Source: Deltaproteobacteria bacterium | GTDB lineage: Bacteria; Desulfobacterota; Desulfovibrionia; Desulfovibrionales; Desulfomicrobiaceae | DNA length: 64,000 nt | Assembly: GCA_009930495.1 (NCBI GenBank) | Contig: RZYB01000001.1 | Location: 4,124-68,123, forward strand | Direction of reading: 5' to 3' | Part shown: positions 55,375-64,000 of the stretch, in pieces | Numbering within the stretch: the stretch's first letter is position 1 | Layout: each line of letters begins with the position of its first letter | Made by a program: the position numbers and the translations under genes | Notes under the pieces: model-generated | The model's input: the letters and a program-made list of their open reading frames with translations, nothing else | Databases searched by the model: none | Told to the model about the DNA's origin: nothing

Positions 55375-56118
55375 ATGACCACTCCCATCATCGACGTCCG
55401 GCATATCGATAAATTCTTTTACACCCCGGAACCCTTGCATGCCCTGAACCAGGTGTCCTGTTCCGTTGCTGCCGGCGAGGTGGTCGTGGTCATCGGGCCA
55501 TCCGGTTCCGGCAAGTCGACCTTTCTGCGCTGCCTGAACCGGCTGGAGTATGCGGACTCGGGACAGATCATTATCGACGGCGTGGATATCCTTGATCCCA
55601 AATGCGACATCAACGCCATCCGGGCCGAGGTCGGCATGGTTTTTCAGTCCTTCAACCTCTTTCCGCACAAAACCGTTCTCGAAAATTTGACCATGGCTCA
55701 GATGACGGTGCGCGGACGCGGCAAGGCCGAGGCCGAGGCCAAGGGCATGGCCCTGCTGAAAAAGGTTGGTATTTCCGAAAAATTCGCGGTCAAGCCCGAT
55801 CAGCTTTCCGGCGGACAACAGCAACGCGTCGCCATTGCCCGATCCTTGGCCATGGATCCCAAGATCATGCTCTTTGACGAGCCGACATCGGCCCTGGACC
55901 CGGAGATGGTTGGCGAAGTCCTGGACGTAATGAAAAATCTGGCCCGCGAGGGCATGACCATGGTCGTGGTTACCCACGAAATGGGCTTTGCCCGGGAAGT
56001 GGCCGACCGCGTCCTGTTCATGGACAAGGGGCAGATTCTGGAAGAAGGGACTCCCGTCCATTTTTTCACGGCCCCGACCCACGATCGGACCAAGGATTTC
56101 CTGAGCCAAATCCTTTAA
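55375..56118 (+). CDS. polar amino acid ABC transporter ATP-binding protein (second locus)
   Basis: Walker [36 protein letters not shown]. Confidence 0.95.
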   Translation: MTTPIIDVRHIDKFFYTPEPLHALNQVSCSVAAGEVVVVIGPSGSGKSTFLRCLNRLEYADSGQIIIDGVDILDPKCDINAIRAEVGMVFQSFNLFPHKTVLENLTMAQMTVRGRGKAEAEAKGMALLKKVGISEKFAVKPDQLSGGQQQRVAIARSLAMDPKIMLFDEPTSALDPEMVGEVLDVMKNLAREGMTMVVVTHEMGFAREVADRVLFMDKGQILEEGTPVHFFTAPTHDRTKDFLSQIL

Positions 56119-56138
56119 CCAGCCATCAGGAGACGAAC

Positions 56139-56618
56139 ATGAGCAAGGCGTTGCAGGCGCAGTTGGTGAAAACCCTCGGGGAACAGGGCGATCAGGCCCG
56201 GGATATGGCCGTGGCCGAGCTCAAGGACCTCAAAAAGGATCTTGCGGAGCTGGAAAAGGCCCTGGCCGCCAAAAAAACCCCGGATCAAGGGCTGCTCATG
56301 GATATCTGCCACGGCGCGTTCGAACTTTTTCGCACGGCCTCCATCGTGCTCGAAACCGACACCCTGCAGGGGCAACTGCATGGCGCGTTGGAGGTGGGCC
56401 GGGATTTGGAGTATTTGGAAAAGAAAGGAGCCATGCTGCTGACAAAACCCGAAGGCTGGCACTGGTTCACGCCCAAGGGAGAAATGATTTTTCTGGCCGC
56501 GCCTAGCGAAACACGGGTGGCCGTTCAAAAACTCCAGGAACGGCTGACACGAAAGGCCCCGGCCAAGTCAACACCGTCCAAGCCCGCCTCCCCTGCCCCG
56601 ATTCCGACAGAAAAATAA
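56139..56618 (+). CDS. hypothetical protein
   Basis: 159 aa. Coiled-coil N-terminus and Pro/Ser/Ala-rich tail. GC3-rich coding signal. No family recognised. Confidence 0.55.
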   Translation: MSKALQAQLVKTLGEQGDQARDMAVAELKDLKKDLAELEKALAAKKTPDQGLLMDICHGAFELFRTASIVLETDTLQGQLHGALEVGRDLEYLEKKGAMLLTKPEGWHWFTPKGEMIFLAAPSETRVAVQKLQERLTRKAPAKSTPSKPASPAPIPTEK

Positions 56619-56677
56619 CCGCGTTTTTCCCTGTCCGCTCGCGTCTGGATTGTCTCATGGCACCCAGGCGCCGCTTT

Positions 56678-56691
56678 TTGACCTGCGTCAA
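56678..56691. promoter_or_regulatory. FNR/CRP-family-type palindromic operator (TTGAC-N4-GTCAA)
   Basis: Perfect 5-4-5 inverted repeat TTGACCTGCGTCAA, centred about 60 nt upstream of ATG 56751. The FNR consensus is TTGAT-N4-ATCAA. Confidence 0.5.
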
Positions 56692-56750
56692 GGTCATGGT
56701 TTCCGACACGGGTACAACGTCTTCAACCCGATCACACCATGGAGGAAACC

Positions 56751-57491
56751 ATGATCAGAAAAATTATTGAAATCGACGAAGAAAAATGCACCGGCTGCGG
56801 CCAGTGCGTGACCGGCTGCGCCGAGGGCGCCTTGGCCATCATCGATGGCAAGGCCAAGATCGTCCGGGATATGTTTTGCGACGGCCTGGGGGCGTGTATC
56901 GGTCATTGCCCCGAGGACGCCCTGAAAATCATCGAGCGCGAAGCCGAAAATTTCGACGAGGACGCGGCCATGGCCCATGTCCGCGCCACGAGTGGCGCGA
57001 CCCCGCACGGCTGCCCGTCGGCCCAGGTCGTGCAAATGAATTGCTCCACGGCCAATACCCCCGTTTCCCAGTCCAGCCCGGTGGGATCAAGTCTGTCCCA
57101 CTGGCCGGTCCAGATTCGACTGGTGCCGCCTCACGCCCCGTTTCTGCGCGGCGCGGAGCTCCTCATCGTTGGCGATTGTTGCCCGGTGGCGATTCCGGAT
57201 TTCCATTCCCGTCATCTCCAAGGCCGGGTCGTCATGCTCGGCTGCCCGAAATTCGACAACGAGGATGAATACGTGGCCAAGCTGACACAAATTTTTTCCC
57301 AAGCGGACATCAAGAGCATCCGGGTTCTGGAAATGGAAGTTCCCTGCTGTTCCGGCCTGTCGCGCATCGTGGCCCAAGCCCTGGCCAATGCCGGTCGCGA
57401 CATTCCCTGCGTCAAGGTCATCATCGCCAGAACCGGCCAAACCCAGGAAGAATTGACGGTCCAACCGATGGCGGGCCTGACCAGACTCTGA
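56751..57491 (+). CDS. ferredoxin-like 4Fe-4S protein with Cys-rich C-terminal domain
   Basis: N-terminal CTGCGQCVTGC and CDGLGACIGHCP, then a CC-containing domain (VGDCCPV, GCPKFD, VPCCSG). SD GGAGGA precedes ATG 56751. ATG 56739 is an alternative start. Confidence 0.85.
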   Translation: MIRKIIEIDEEKCTGCGQCVTGCAEGALAIIDGKAKIVRDMFCDGLGACIGHCPEDALKIIEREAENFDEDAAMAHVRATSGATPHGCPSAQVVQMNCSTANTPVSQSSPVGSSLSHWPVQIRLVPPHAPFLRGAELLIVGDCCPVAIPDFHSRHLQGRVVMLGCPKFDNEDEYVAKLTQIFSQADIKSIRVLEMEVPCCSGLSRIVAQALANAGRDIPCVKVIIARTGQTQEELTVQPMAGLTRL

Positions 57492-57494
57492 GAT

Positions 57495-57512
57495 CCCGCG
57501 CCACGGCGCGGG
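57495..57512. terminator. short GC hairpin between convergent genes
   Basis: CCCGCG-CCACGG-CGCGGG, 4 nt after the ferredoxin-like stop. The T-tract is weak. Confidence 0.3.
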
Positions 57513-57562
57513 TCATCTTCAAAACTCCGGTGGTTGGATCGTCAATTTCGACGTACCCAACC

Positions 57563-58528
57563 TCACGCCTTGCCTTCGGTTTTAGCGGGCGGGATCAGGC
57601 CCGGAGTGGGTCCTGGGGGCAGCGCGACAAAGGTTGGCCGGGCCGGATTCCAGAGGGAATCCTGGGAGAGGAGCACCCCCAAAAACACCACGCCAACCCC
57701 CGCGAGCTGGGCCACGTTCAGACTCTCTTCCAAAATTGCCCAGCCCAGCAGGATGGAAAAAACCGGAATCAGATTGACAAAAGCCGAGGCCTGCCACGCG
57801 GGAAGTTTGCTGATGCCAAAATTATACAGCCCATACGCGCCAATGCTGATGAAGATTCCCAGATATCCCACGGCTAGGGTGGGAGCCAGGGGCCAGGATG
57901 TTGGAAGTGTCGTGCCGGGCAAAAACAAAAGGGGGAAAAAGAACACGGTTCCGACAATGGCCTGAACCGCGGTCATGAACCAGGAGGAATACGTGGCGCA
58001 AAGTTTTTTCATGCTGACCGTGTATCCGGCCGCGCAGACCATGGCCATCAATTCCAAAAAATTACCCCAGGCCGGATTGGGCGCGCTTTCGGTGCCCTGG
58101 CCAGCCACGCTGACCACGGCCACTCCCCCTAGGGCCAGAATCAAACCCAACCATGATCCAAGGCGCAGCCGCTCTCCCAGAAAAAACCACGCCAAAACAG
58201 CCACGAGGACAGGCAAAATGGCCGCGACCGTGCCGGCTTGGGCGGCGGAGGTAAAACGCAGGGCCTGGCCTTCGAAAAGAAAATACAAACACGGCTCGCA
58301 CACGGCCATGAACAGCATGGCCGGAATATCGCGGGGCCGCCATTCCACGGGTCTCCATCTGGGAAAGACGCAGCAGAAAGCAACGCTGGCCAACAACATG
58401 CGGACAAAGACCACCACGACCGGGTCAAAAACCATGACCGCGTATTTGAAAGCCACGAAAGAACTGCCCCATAACACCATGGCGGCCAGCAACGCCGCAA
58501 AAGGCACGAACCCGGATACCATGACCAT
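57563..58528 (-). CDS. DMT (EamA) family transporter
   Basis: 321 aa from ATG 58528 (SD GGAGA 5 nt upstream). About ten TM segments in two EamA-like halves. Confidence 0.85.
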   Translation of the reverse strand: MVMVSGFVPFAALLAAMVLWGSSFVAFKYAVMVFDPVVVVFVRMLLASVAFCCVFPRWRPVEWRPRDIPAMLFMAVCEPCLYFLFEGQALRFTSAAQAGTVAAILPVLVAVLAWFFLGERLRLGSWLGLILALGGVAVVSVAGQGTESAPNPAWGNFLELMAMVCAAGYTVSMKKLCATYSSWFMTAVQAIVGTVFFFPLLFLPGTTLPTSWPLAPTLAVGYLGIFISIGAYGLYNFGISKLPAWQASAFVNLIPVFSILLGWAILEESLNVAQLAGVGVVFLGVLLSQDSLWNPARPTFVALPPGPTPGLIPPAKTEGKA

Positions 58529-58672
58529 GCTTTCTCCAATTCCCGTAGGGGACACGGATGTTTCAAAAAAAACTTGCGCGAAGCGTGGGCCACACATACA
58601 CGTGGCCATGCTCATCCTTGATGCACATGGTTTTTGACACTTCCGTCCAGCCTCATCCTGAACAGCGACACC

Positions 58673-60124
58673 ATGGACACGCTTTTCGATCAGTTTTCAC
58701 CACAGGGTGGCTATTTTCCCATCCCGCAAGTCGATGACGTCTTCGCGTCCGTCCTCGAAGAGCTTCGCGCCGGGCGGATGCTGTGTTGTTTCACCGGGTT
58801 TCCAAAATCAGGGAAAACAACATTTTTAAGCCGTCTCCAGGACGCTCTGGAAACCCCGAGCCTTTTTGTTTCGGCAACGCGGGACCAGTCCCTGGCCGCC
58901 ACCCTGCTCGAAAAATTGAGCCATCTGGGAGATCACAAAACCGCCTTGGGCGCGTATTTCGCGGCCAATCCCCAGACCGTGTTGCTGATCGACAACGCCC
59001 ATCTGCTCCAAGGCAAGGATTTCGACCTGCTGCTTGGCATGTACGCCCTGGCCGAGCACACGCACACCCGCCTGCAAATCGTTCTCGGTGGAAATGGCGA
59101 ATTGATGCTGCATTTGGGGCGACCCGAAAACAGGTCCCTGTTCAATCTGTTGGGATCGGTATGGAACCTGCCCAAGCTGAATATCGCCCAATCCCTGGAC
59201 TTTGTCCGTTTCCTACTCAAGTCCGTCGGCTTGGCGGAAGATTTCATCCCCGATCCCGTGCCCCTGGCCAAGCGGGCCGCCGGCACCATCGGCGTGCTGC
59301 GCATGTTGACCATCACGTTTGCGCTCAAGGGCCTGAGCGGTCAGCATCTGGACAACGTGGAATCCCTTTTGGACCTTGGCCCCCATGCCAAGGTGCTCCT
59401 CCCGGAATCCGCCACGCAAACCGTTCTCGATGTCAAGGACACGCGCCCGCCCTGGAGCGGTCGGATTTTTTTGGCGGCAACCCTGGTCCTGATCGTGACC
59501 GGCATACTCGCCTTGCTGTGTCTCGTTCCGGGTAGCGGCGTATGCCCCCTGGTCCCGGTGTTCCTGCGCGACCTGCTCCCGGTGCGCGCCAATCAAACCG
59601 TGGAAACAGAAAAAAACCTTCCCGCCCAGACCACCATCTCGCCGGTCGTGCGGTCCGTGGCCAAGACCGTGTTCCGCAAACGCCTCGGCGAAGGCCCCTA
59701 CTCCCTGCGGCTGGGCGCCTATCCCCGTGTCGAAGCCATGTTTTTGCATTTGCCCCGTTTCTCGTCCCTGGACCAATCGCTTTTCTGGAGCCGACACGAA
59801 GACGCCGAACAGGTTGAACTCTACGTCGGTCGCTTTGCGACCAACCAGGCGGCCCTGGACTTCGCCGCAGCGCACGACCTTGTCAATATGCCCGTGGCCT
59901 TGCTGCCGTTCGTGCTCACGGTTGGTCCGCTCCATGATCCGCGCCAACTCAAGGAAGCCGGGTTCGCCGTGGGGCTGCCCGAGCCGCACCAGGCCTTCCA
60001 ACGGGACGTCGCCACGGGCTCGGAGTTGCAATTCGCCCTGGAATGGACCCGCGCCAAGGCCCTCGGCCGCTGCGCGGCCATGGAAAAAAGTGGCCTGTCG
60101 TGCTTCGTCACTGAATACCACTAG
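58673..60124 (+). CDS. ExeA/MshM-like AAA ATPase with TM segment and SPOR-like C-terminal domain
   Basis: Walker A GFPKSGKTT, Walker B VLLIDNAHLL, TM IFLAATLVLIVTGILALLCLV. The C-terminal SLRLGAY...VELYVGRFATNQAALDFA is SPOR-like. The start is uncertain: ATG 58673 or TTG 58634. Confidence 0.7.
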   Translation: MDTLFDQFSPQGGYFPIPQVDDVFASVLEELRAGRMLCCFTGFPKSGKTTFLSRLQDALETPSLFVSATRDQSLAATLLEKLSHLGDHKTALGAYFAANPQTVLLIDNAHLLQGKDFDLLLGMYALAEHTHTRLQIVLGGNGELMLHLGRPENRSLFNLLGSVWNLPKLNIAQSLDFVRFLLKSVGLAEDFIPDPVPLAKRAAGTIGVLRMLTITFALKGLSGQHLDNVESLLDLGPHAKVLLPESATQTVLDVKDTRPPWSGRIFLAATLVLIVTGILALLCLVPGSGVCPLVPVFLRDLLPVRANQTVETEKNLPAQTTISPVVRSVAKTVFRKRLGEGPYSLRLGAYPRVEAMFLHLPRFSSLDQSLFWSRHEDAEQVELYVGRFATNQAALDFAAAHDLVNMPVALLPFVLTVGPLHDPRQLKEAGFAVGLPEPHQAFQRDVATGSELQFALEWTRAKALGRCAAMEKSGLSCFVTEYH

Positions 60125-60134
60125 CTCAAACGCA

Positions 60135-60164
60135 TGAATCCCCACCCCGAAGGGTGAGGATTCA
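60135..60164. terminator. hairpin between convergent genes
   Basis: 13-bp stem with one mismatch (TGAATCCCCACCC / GGGTGAGGATTCA) and a CGAA loop. No clear T-tract. Confidence 0.4.
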
Positions 60165-60199
60165 CGGCTGTTGTCGCGAGGCGTTTCGAGCCGGGTTGC

Positions 60200-61492
60200 C
60201 TATTCGCGCAAATCCACGACGCGCTGGGCCTTGCCCTCGGACTTGGGCAGGGAATTGTTTTCCACCAGATCGACGCGTACGCTGATCAGGATTTCATCCT
60301 TGAGCTTGGCGCTGATGCGGCTCTGCAACTGCTTTAATTGCCGCATGTCCTCCACGAAAAATTCGTCCTTCACTTCCACCTTGACCCGCATCTGGTCCAG
60401 ATAGCCTTCGCGTTCCAGCACGATCAGATAATTCTGGCCCACTTCCGGGATGCCCATGAGCACCTTCTCGACCTGCATGGGGTAGATATTCACGCCCTTG
60501 ATGATGATCATGTCGTCGGAGCGGCCCATGATCCGATCCAGTCGGCGATGCTCCCGGCCGCACGGACACGCGCCGGGCAGAAAACGGGTCAAGTCCTTGG
60601 TCCGGTAACGAATGAGCGGCATGCCCTCACGGCACAAGGTAGTGATGACCAGCTCGCCCATCTCGCCCTCGGCCACGTGTTCTCCAGTTTCCGGATTGAT
60701 GATCTCGGGAAGATATGCGTCCTCCCAAATGTGCATGCCATTTTGCTCCAGACACTCGAAAGCCACGCCCGGCCCGTTCATCTCGGACAGGCCGTAGGAA
60801 TTGTAGGCCTTCATGCCATAAATATCCTCGATGCGGCGACGGATGGCCTCGGTGTGCGGTTCGGCGCCAATGAGGGCGACGCGCAGATTCAGACGATCGT
60901 TCGTGTAACCCAGCTCTTCCTTCACCGTGCTCAAATGCAGGGCGTAGGACGGAATGATGTGGATGACCGAAACCTTGAAGTCTTCCAGCAATTTGAGCTG
61001 ACGTTTGGAATTACCGGCCCCGGCCGGGATGGTCAGGCAGCCCAGCCGCTCGGCCCCGTAATGAATGCCCAGGCCGCCGGTGAACAGGCCATAGCCGGAC
61101 ATATTCTGAAAGGTATCCACAGGACGCACTCCGACCATGTGCATGCACCGAGCCATGAGGTCGGCCCAACTGTCCACGTCATTGCGGGTGTAGTAAATAA
61201 CCGTGGCCGAGCCCGTGGTGCCGGAAGAGGCGTGCAGACGAAGCATGTCCGTCACGGGCCGCGTCAGCATGCGGTCCGGATAGGCGCTGCGCAGGTCGTC
61301 CTTGGTGGTGAAGGGAAGCAGGGTGATGTCCCGAGGCCCCTGGATGGAGGCCGGATCAACTCCGGCGCGGGCGAAGTGCTCGGCATAAAACGGTGAACGG
61401 GCCGCGCGGGCCAGGGTGGTCCGCAATCGGACTTCTTGAAGACGGATAAGTTCGGCGCGACTGAAAAATTCTTCCTGGCAATAGGCGTTCAT
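60200..61492 (-). CDS. phenylacetate--CoA ligase family adenylate-forming enzyme
   Basis: 430 aa. SSGTTGSATVIYYT (AMP-binding P-loop), YGLSEMNGPGVAFEC and the PaaK-type C-terminal domain. Confidence 0.9.
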   Translation of the reverse strand: MNAYCQEEFFSRAELIRLQEVRLRTTLARAARSPFYAEHFARAGVDPASIQGPRDITLLPFTTKDDLRSAYPDRMLTRPVTDMLRLHASSGTTGSATVIYYTRNDVDSWADLMARCMHMVGVRPVDTFQNMSGYGLFTGGLGIHYGAERLGCLTIPAGAGNSKRQLKLLEDFKVSVIHIIPSYALHLSTVKEELGYTNDRLNLRVALIGAEPHTEAIRRRIEDIYGMKAYNSYGLSEMNGPGVAFECLEQNGMHIWEDAYLPEIINPETGEHVAEGEMGELVITTLCREGMPLIRYRTKDLTRFLPGACPCGREHRRLDRIMGRSDDMIIIKGVNIYPMQVEKVLMGIPEVGQNYLIVLEREGYLDQMRVKVEVKDEFFVEDMRQLKQLQSRISAKLKDEILISVRVDLVENNSLPKSEGKAQRVVDLRE

Positions 61493-61530
61493 ACTGAATC
61501 CCGTTTGCGGTTTACGGTTGCGGCGACAGG

Positions 61531-62979
61531 TCAGTACGCGCTGCCGTCCTCGGACGGCATGCCCACTTCCGTCAGGTTGTCGAAAACCGTGTACTGGCCA
61601 AAATAGGCCAGCTTGAGGGTTCCGACCGGACCATTACGCTGTTTGCCGATGATGATCTCGGCGATATTCTTGTTTGGATTGTCCTCAGCCTTGTTATAGG
61701 CCGCGTCGCGGTAGATGAAAACAATAACGTCGGCGTCCTGCTCAATGGCTCCGGACTCGCGCAGATCCGAAAGCATGGGCCGCTTGTCCGAACGCTCCTC
61801 GACCTTGCGGTTGAGCTGGGACAGGGCAATGACCGGTACGTCCAGTTCCTTGGCCAGGGCCTTCAGATTGCGGGAAATATCCGAAATTTCCTGTTCGCGC
61901 GAGTCGCTCCGGTGACTGGAACGCATGAGCTGCAGATAATCGACGATGATCAGGCCCACGCCTTTGTCAGCCTTGAGCCGACGACAGCGGGCACGGATTT
62001 CCATGGTGGTCAGGGCCGGGGTGTCGTCGATGAAAACAGGGGCACGGGACAGATCCTCGGCGGCCTGATAGAGGCGCGCCCAGTCCTCGTCGTTCAAATA
62101 GCCGCTTCGCAACCGGCTTAAGTCCACCCTGCCGTGACACCCGAGAAGACGCATCATGAGCTGGTCCATGGACATTTCCAGGGAAAAAACAGCCACGGGA
62201 ACTCCGTGCTGGATGGACGCGCGCATGCCGATGTTCAGGGCCAGGGCGGTCTTGCCCATGGACGGACGCGCCGCCAGGATGATCAGGTCCGACTTCTGCA
62301 AACCGGCGGTCATATGGTCGAAATCCGTATACCCCGTGGGCACGCCGGTGACCAAATCGCCCTGGCCGGCCCGCAGCTCCAGCTGCTCGAAGACCCGGTT
62401 GACCAGATCCTTGCTGCTCATGAACGCGGGTTTGCCCTTGGATTCGGCGATGGAAAAAATCTGCTGCTCGGCCTGGTCGAGCAAGGATTCGGTCTCCTGA
62501 CCAGCCTCGAAGCAATTGGTCAGAATTTCCGAAGAGGTCTGGATCAGCCGACGGCGGACGGACTTGTCCCGCACGATCTGGGCGTGGAAAACGGCATTGG
62601 CGGCCGAGGCCACGGATTCGGCCAAGGAGGCCAGATAGACCGTGCCACCGATCTCGTCGAGCTCGCCCCTGGTCTGCAGATATTCGGCCACGGTGACCAA
62701 ATCCACCGGCTCGCGGCGACGATACAGTTCTTGAAATACCTGATATATCTTGCGGTGGACCGGCGAATAAAAATCTTCGTCGGAAATCGTGTCCACCAGG
62801 GTATGAAAAACGTCGTTACGCAGGAAAACGCCCCCCAACACGGCCTGCTCGGCTTCGATGTTGTGGGGCGGCACCTTGCGCAACAAATCAGAAGAGGCCT
62901 TTTGCAAGGCCTCTTCCGGGTGCAGTTGTGATCCGAGGCGTTGCCCGAATTTATTCTGCGGCTGTTTCTTCAGCTGCAT
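61531..62979 (-). CDS. dnaB: replicative DNA helicase
   Basis: VPPHNIEAEQAVLGG N-domain, Walker A ARPSMGKTALALN, and IIVDYLQLM. ATG 62979 is chosen; the longest ORF starts at 63027. Either start overlaps the rplI 3' end. Confidence 0.95.
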   Translation of the reverse strand: MQLKKQPQNKFGQRLGSQLHPEEALQKASSDLLRKVPPHNIEAEQAVLGGVFLRNDVFHTLVDTISDEDFYSPVHRKIYQVFQELYRRREPVDLVTVAEYLQTRGELDEIGGTVYLASLAESVASAANAVFHAQIVRDKSVRRRLIQTSSEILTNCFEAGQETESLLDQAEQQIFSIAESKGKPAFMSSKDLVNRVFEQLELRAGQGDLVTGVPTGYTDFDHMTAGLQKSDLIILAARPSMGKTALALNIGMRASIQHGVPVAVFSLEMSMDQLMMRLLGCHGRVDLSRLRSGYLNDEDWARLYQAAEDLSRAPVFIDDTPALTTMEIRARCRRLKADKGVGLIIVDYLQLMRSSHRSDSREQEISDISRNLKALAKELDVPVIALSQLNRKVEERSDKRPMLSDLRESGAIEQDADVIVFIYRDAAYNKAEDNPNKNIAEIIIGKQRNGPVGTLKLAYFGQYTVFDNLTEVGMPSEDGSAY

Positions 62980-63457
62980 TGTCCTGCACCGACTCTTCCA
63001 CCTTCTCGGTATGTCCAAGCTTGACAACGTTGACGGTCAGCTTGGCCACGACCTCGGGATGCAACTTGACATCGACGACGTATTCGCCCAGGGCGCGGAT
63101 GCCCTCGTCAAGCTGCAGTTTGCGGCGATCCACGACCACGCCCTGCTCTTCCAGGATCGTGGCGATCTGGGAGGAAGTGACGGAGCCGTACAGCTTGTCG
63201 CCATCACCGACACGAACTTCGATGACCACCTTGGCGGCCTCGATCTTGGCGGCTAGGCCAGCGGCCTCGGCCCGGATGGCGTCGTTCTTGGCCTGCAGCT
63301 TCCGGCGTTCCTGCTCGAAAACCTTCAGGTTGCCGGGAGTCGCCAAAGAGGCCAGCCCCTGGGGCAACAGATAATTTCTGCCATAACCGGGCTTGACGGC
63401 GATGATTTCGCCGAGGCGGCCCAGATTATCCACGTCTGCGCGCAAAATAACCTTCAT
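62951..63457 (-). CDS. rplI: 50S ribosomal protein L9
   Basis: MKVILRADVDNLGRLGEIIAVKPGYGRNYLLPQG. SD AGGAGA lies 7 nt before ATG 63457. Confidence 0.95.
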   Translation of the reverse strand: MKVILRADVDNLGRLGEIIAVKPGYGRNYLLPQGLASLATPGNLKVFEQERRKLQAKNDAIRAEAAGLAAKIEAAKVVIEVRVGDGDKLYGSVTSSQIATILEEQGVVVDRRKLQLDEGIRALGEYVVDVKLHPEVVAKLTVNVVKLGHTEKVEESVQDNAAEETAAE

Positions 63458-63468
63458 GACCAACTCTC

Positions 63469-63732
63469 CTAGATTCTAGACTTTTTGAGCACGTCCGTGC
63501 TGTGGGTGGCGGTGTAGAACATCAACGCCATCTGACGGGCGCGCTTCACCTCGCGGGTGATGGCCCGCTGATGCTTGGCGCAGGTGCCCGTAATCCGGCT
63601 GGCAATGATCTTGCCGCGGTCGGTCACAAAGTCATTCAAAACTTCCGGGTGCTTATAATCGAGTGGAATCTCGGGGTTCTCACAGAAGCGGCAGTACTTT
63701 CTGCGGGGCGCGAATTTTTTCTTAAAGGACAT
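63469..63732 (-). CDS. rpsR: 30S ribosomal protein S18
   Basis: 87 aa from ATG 63732: RRKYCRFC...[35 protein letters not shown]. The SD GGAGG lies inside the rpsF 3' end. Confidence 0.95.
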   Translation of the reverse strand: MSFKKKFAPRRKYCRFCENPEIPLDYKHPEVLNDFVTDRGKIIASRITGTCAKHQRAITREVKRARQMALMFYTATHSTDVLKKSRI

Positions 63733-63733
63733 C

Positions 63734-64000
63734 TTAGGCCTCCTCGGTGGTCTCGGCGAGTCGCACGGTGATGAATTTGAAAATACCGTCGGTGATACGG
63801 ACGTTGCGTTCAAGTTCCGCCACGGCCTTGCCCGGCATTTCCATTTCCATGCGGATATAATGGCCACGGTTGAACTTGCGAACCGGGTATGCGGTATCCT
63901 TGATACCCCAGTCATCAACCTTGACAACCTTGCCACCCTCGCGCTCGGCGACGGCGGTCAGGTTGGCCACGATATCGCGGCACTCATCCATGCCCAGCTC
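63734..64000 (-). CDS. rpsF: 30S ribosomal protein S6 (5' end outside the window)
   Basis: C-terminal part ...[28 protein letters not shown]... matches S6. The ORF runs off the window edge. Confidence 0.9.
   Translation of the reverse strand, partial: ELGMDECRDIVANLTAVAEREGGKVVKVDDWGIKDTAYPVRKFNRGHYIRMEMEMPGKAVAELERNVRITDGIFKFITVRLAETTEEA

Noticed and set aside
1-64000. CRISPR arrays, tandem repeats, rRNA/tRNA genes, insertion sequences
   Set aside because: Reading through all intergenic gaps (none longer than about 270 bp) revealed no regularly spaced repeats, no cloverleaf-capable sequences and no transposase-like ORFs. This was a visual search only and was not verified with tRNAscan, Infernal or a repeat finder.

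Overview
GC-rich, very gene-dense chromosomal segment: about 69 protein-coding genes, and the longest non-coding gap is about 270 bp. The gene content suggests an anaerobic Desulfovibrionales-type deltaproteobacterium, which is inference only. Supporting genes are a NapH-like polyferredoxin with a mini sulfite-reductase-like protein, a dual-CXXC small protein, HDOD/PilZ/HD-GYP-type signalling proteins, FeoAB, CobT, a DsbD-like reductase and a short transaldolase. Housekeeping genes dominate: aroK (partial), murI, pcnB, uvrC, rlmH, topB, fsa/tal, folK, xerD, lapA/lapB, mutS, lysA, feoAB, yciH, ylqF/rbgA, prlC, trpS, cobT, dinB, dnaB and rplI-rpsR-rpsF (partial). There are also two paralogous polar-amino-acid ABC transporters. 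I see no rRNA, tRNA, CRISPR array, transposase, phage or plasmid genes, no recombinase other than housekeeping XerD, and no obvious compositional island. I therefore cannot point to a classical accessory or defence island. The many long ORFs in the six-frame track that lie antisense to these genes are GC-driven shadow ORFs. The most system-like units not explained by routine annotation are: (i) a terminator-bounded PilZ / RHH-like / zinc-ribbon-ParA operon (14060-15906); (ii) a minus-strand operon of a CxxC protein, a minimal sulfite-reductase-like siroheme/Fe-S protein and a NapH-like membrane polyferredoxin (448-2847); (iii) a feoA-feoB-feoA operon preceded by a DtxR-family regulator with a ferredoxin-type Cys tail and translationally chained to a TIGR04283/TIGR04282-like transferase pair (35381-40045); (iv) an 889-aa DHH-DHHA1/CBS/class-II nucleotidyltransferase fusion; (v) a RuvC-like ORF coupled to murI; (vi) a response regulator whose receiver and HD-GYP domains both look degenerate. 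All functional calls rest on motif recognition by eye. No database search or structure prediction was run.
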